A DNA stretch of 64,000 nucleotides from Verrucomicrobiota bacterium. Lineage in GTDB: Bacteria > Verrucomicrobiota > Verrucomicrobiia > Limisphaerales > SXQI01. The stretch is from positions 1-64,000 of the forward strand of contig JANRLX010000111.1 of the NCBI GenBank assembly GCA_033762115.1. Reading direction: 5' to 3'. Under the pieces are notes generated by a model that worked only from the letters and a program-made list of their open reading frames with translations, ran no database searches and had not been told where the DNA came from. Numbering within the stretch: the stretch's first letter is position 1; each line of letters opens with the position of its first letter. Positions 61,963 through 64,000 of the stretch are shown here, piece after piece. The translations under genes were made by a program, and so were the position numbers.

Positions 61963-61992
61963 CAGTTTGGACTTCGGAGGGAACTTACCGGA

Positions 61993-62649
61993 ATGAAACC
62001 ACAGGGAAGGGGATTTAGGGGTCTGGGTTTGCTGCTGCTGGCCTGCCTGTTGGTGACCGGCTGCCAGACAGTTTACTACCAGGCCTGGGAAAAATTCGGC
62101 AAAGAGAAACGTGACCTCCTCAAGGACAACGTCAAGGATGCTCGCAATGAACAGGAGCAGGCCGCCGAGCAATTCAAGGATGCCCTGACACGGTTAAAGG
62201 AAATGTACGGTTTTCAGGGAGGTAATCTCGAAAAAGCATACGACAAGCTAAAGGCAGATTATGACCGCTCCGCCTCACGGGCCAAAGCTGTCTCCTCCCG
62301 CGTTGAAAAAGTGGAGCAAATCGCCACGGACCTGTTTGCAGAATGGGAAGCTGAAATCAAAAACATGAGCAATGACCGCCTGAGCGCAAACAGCCGCGCG
62401 CAACTCCGGCAGACTCGTGAAAAATATGAGTCCCTGCATGCTTCCATGAAAAAGGCTGAATCAAGCATGCAACCTGTATTAAAGCAGTTTCAGGATCAGG
62501 TGCTCTACTTAAAGCATAATTTGAACGCGCAGGCGATCGGTTCCTTAAAAGGGGAAGCGGTTGATATTGAAAAGGAAATCCAGCGTTTAATTAAGGACGT
62601 CAATGCTTCGATTGCTGAAGCAGACGCTTTTATTCAAGGGATGGAGTAA
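61993..62649 (+). CDS. Helical lipoprotein (DUF2959-like)
   Basis: Lipobox VTGC; YY.AWEK.G.EKRD.L, LF.EW, VLYLKHNLNA.AI. Confidence 0.82.
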   Translation: MKPQGRGFRGLGLLLLACLLVTGCQTVYYQAWEKFGKEKRDLLKDNVKDARNEQEQAAEQFKDALTRLKEMYGFQGGNLEKAYDKLKADYDRSASRAKAVSSRVEKVEQIATDLFAEWEAEIKNMSNDRLSANSRAQLRQTREKYESLHASMKKAESSMQPVLKQFQDQVLYLKHNLNAQAIGSLKGEAVDIEKEIQRLIKDVNASIAEADAFIQGME

Positions 62650-62766
62650 TTCAGCCGATTTTCTCTTGACCCTGAATAAGCAAGGGTTTAGCAAAAGTTC
62701 ACGCACTCGCCTGCGTTATCCCAGGCGTTTACACTAAAACCTCAACCCTAAGTTCGAATCAGTGCC

Positions 62767-62871
62767 ATGTATTGCAAACGGTGTTTGACTGAGCTCAAGC
62801 TTCAGAACAATCGCTACGTGTGTCCTCGCTGCAAACCGAAAAAGCAGCAGCATCAGAAGAAACGTCGATAA
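62767..62871 (+). CDS. 34-aa Cys4 zinc-finger/ribbon microprotein (not in ORF track)
   Basis: MYCKRCLTELKLQNNRYVCPRCKPKKQQHQKKRR: CX2C-X12-CPXC plus basic tail. Confidence 0.6.
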   Translation: MYCKRCLTELKLQNNRYVCPRCKPKKQQHQKKRR

Positions 62872-63013
62872 GGCGTCGAGTCGCTCAGGCATTCACTTTT
62901 CACGAATCGGTTTTTGATGAACCGAAGCGGGCGCTTTTCTCTTGGCCTAATAAAACCGGCAGCCTCAATTGCCTCCGCCTCCTCCCCGTGCCATCTTTCC
63001 TAAGGAGGATTTT

Positions 63014-63283
63014 ATGGATGAAACAAATGTGGCAGGGATGGATGAGGAACTGCTTTGGGCGACTAAATCATTTGCCATTGAGGGAATGACCTGTGACCGC
63101 TGTGTCGAAAAAGTCACTCGTACTTTGCAGCAATTGAACGGGGTTAAAGCGACCGAAGTGAACTTGCAGGACGCAAAGGTCACCGTCACCTTCGACACCA
63201 CAAAAACTGATGTACCGACATTGCACGAAGCACTGTTGCGAACCGGTTACCGCCCCGCCTTGCGAGTCAACGGCAATAATTAA
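63014..63283 (+). CDS. Heavy-metal-associated (HMA/CopZ-like) metallochaperone
   Basis: GMTCDRC motif; SD AAGGAGG upstream of ATG 63014. Confidence 0.88.
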   Translation: MDETNVAGMDEELLWATKSFAIEGMTCDRCVEKVTRTLQQLNGVKATEVNLQDAKVTVTFDTTKTDVPTLHEALLRTGYRPALRVNGNN

Positions 63284-63352
63284 ATACAGAGGGTCAAAGG
63301 GGCAGGGAAGGCCTGATTTCATTCATTTTAGGAAGCCCCAAAAATTTCCTCC

Positions 63353-63415
63353 TAATTACTAAAAAATTAGTTGACGAAAATTCGCACTTTGATTTTAATT
63401 ACTAAATCCTTAGTT
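63353..63415 (+). promoter_or_regulatory. blaI promoter flanked by two palindromic operators
   Basis: TTGACG-N17-TTTAAT; repeats TAATTACTAA-N4-TTAGTT at 63353-63372 and 63396-63415. Confidence 0.75.
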
Positions 63416-63427
63416 TAAACATCCTGT

Positions 63428-63820
63428 ATGCCTCGTAAAAAATCAAAAACATTGACCGACGCAGAGCATCGCATCATGGAGGTTCTCTGGAAAAAAGGTT
63501 CCGCTACTGTCGCCGAAGTCGCTGAGGAACTCGCCGGAAAGGATGGGTCAGCCTATACCACCATTCTTACCTTGATGAGGATTCTCAAGGACAAAGGGTA
63601 CCTCACAACCAGGAAAGAGGGACGTGCCCTTGTGTTTACCACCCAGGTGGACCGGGAAACTGCCGCTCGAAAAGCGGTCCGTCAGCTTCTCACCAAATTT
63701 TTTGCCGGATCGCCCGGAGAACTGGTCCTTGCATTTCTGCGCGAGGATGAAATCAGTGCCGAAGAATTGGATGAGTTGAAGAAAAAAATCAAGGAAACCG
63801 GAGGAGTTAATGAAAAATGA
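63428..63820 (+). CDS. BlaI/MecI/CopY-family transcriptional repressor
   Basis: LT.AE..IM.VLW, AYTTILT....L..KG, FFAGS. Confidence 0.93.
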   Translation: MPRKKSKTLTDAEHRIMEVLWKKGSATVAEVAEELAGKDGSAYTTILTLMRILKDKGYLTTRKEGRALVFTTQVDRETAARKAVRQLLTKFFAGSPGELVLAFLREDEISAEELDELKKKIKETGGVNEK

Positions 63821-64000
63821 ACTTCAAAACTGGACCGACTTGCTCCTGGTCGCCCTCGCGAATGGGATTTTGCAGGGAATGGTTCTCACCTTCGTCGTTG
63901 GGCTTGGGTTGAAACTGGTCCCGCGCCTGAACGCGACAACCCGCCATGCCGTTCTCTTTTGCACGTTAATCATTGTCACGGCATTGCCATTTGCGAACTT
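63810..64000 (+). CDS. M56/BlaR1-like membrane protein N-terminus, truncated by window edge
   Basis: Overlaps blaI stop, SD GGAGG; MKNELQNWTDLLLVALANGILQG...RLNATTRHAVLF...ALP. Confidence 0.7.
   Translation, partial: MKNELQNWTDLLLVALANGILQGMVLTFVVGLGLKLVPRLNATTRHAVLFCTLIIVTALPFAN

Noticed and set aside
62745..62768. tRNA-like GTTCGAATC followed by CCA
   Set aside because: The flanks do not form a T-stem, and no acceptor, D or anticodon arms can be built

Overview
Bacterial chromosomal window of moderately high GC, most likely from Verrucomicrobiota (Pedosphaerales/Limisphaerales-like). That assignment is inferred from protein style and a Verrucomicrobia-type LexA box and was not checked by search. 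It is gene-dense and largely housekeeping: E2 and lpdA (one frameshift), ptsI, waaF, typA, pgk-tpiA-secG, dnaA, argH, glmS, glgC, fdhF/ydeP-fdhD, blaI plus an M56 N-terminus. I saw no rRNA, tRNA, CRISPR array or mobile element. The main points of interest are: (1) a four-gene trans-envelope electron conduit at 45852-50649 (lipoprotein octaheme MtrA/DmsE-like cytochrome, MtrB-like porin, monoheme cytochrome c, heptaheme ImcH-like inner-membrane cytochrome) with no extracellular MtrC-type partner; (2) a sulfur-starvation operon (YezD/OscA-like small protein, porin, sbp, M14 hydrolase) with an operator palindrome and a tandem, covarying RNA hairpin motif that overlaps GGAGG; (3) a signalling module with three sigma-54-type promoters; (4) an unannotated 34-aa Cys4 zinc-finger microprotein; (5) a translationally coupled HAD / DHS-like / HldE-kinase-like operon of unknown pathway. 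All family assignments come from motif recognition by eye, not database searches.
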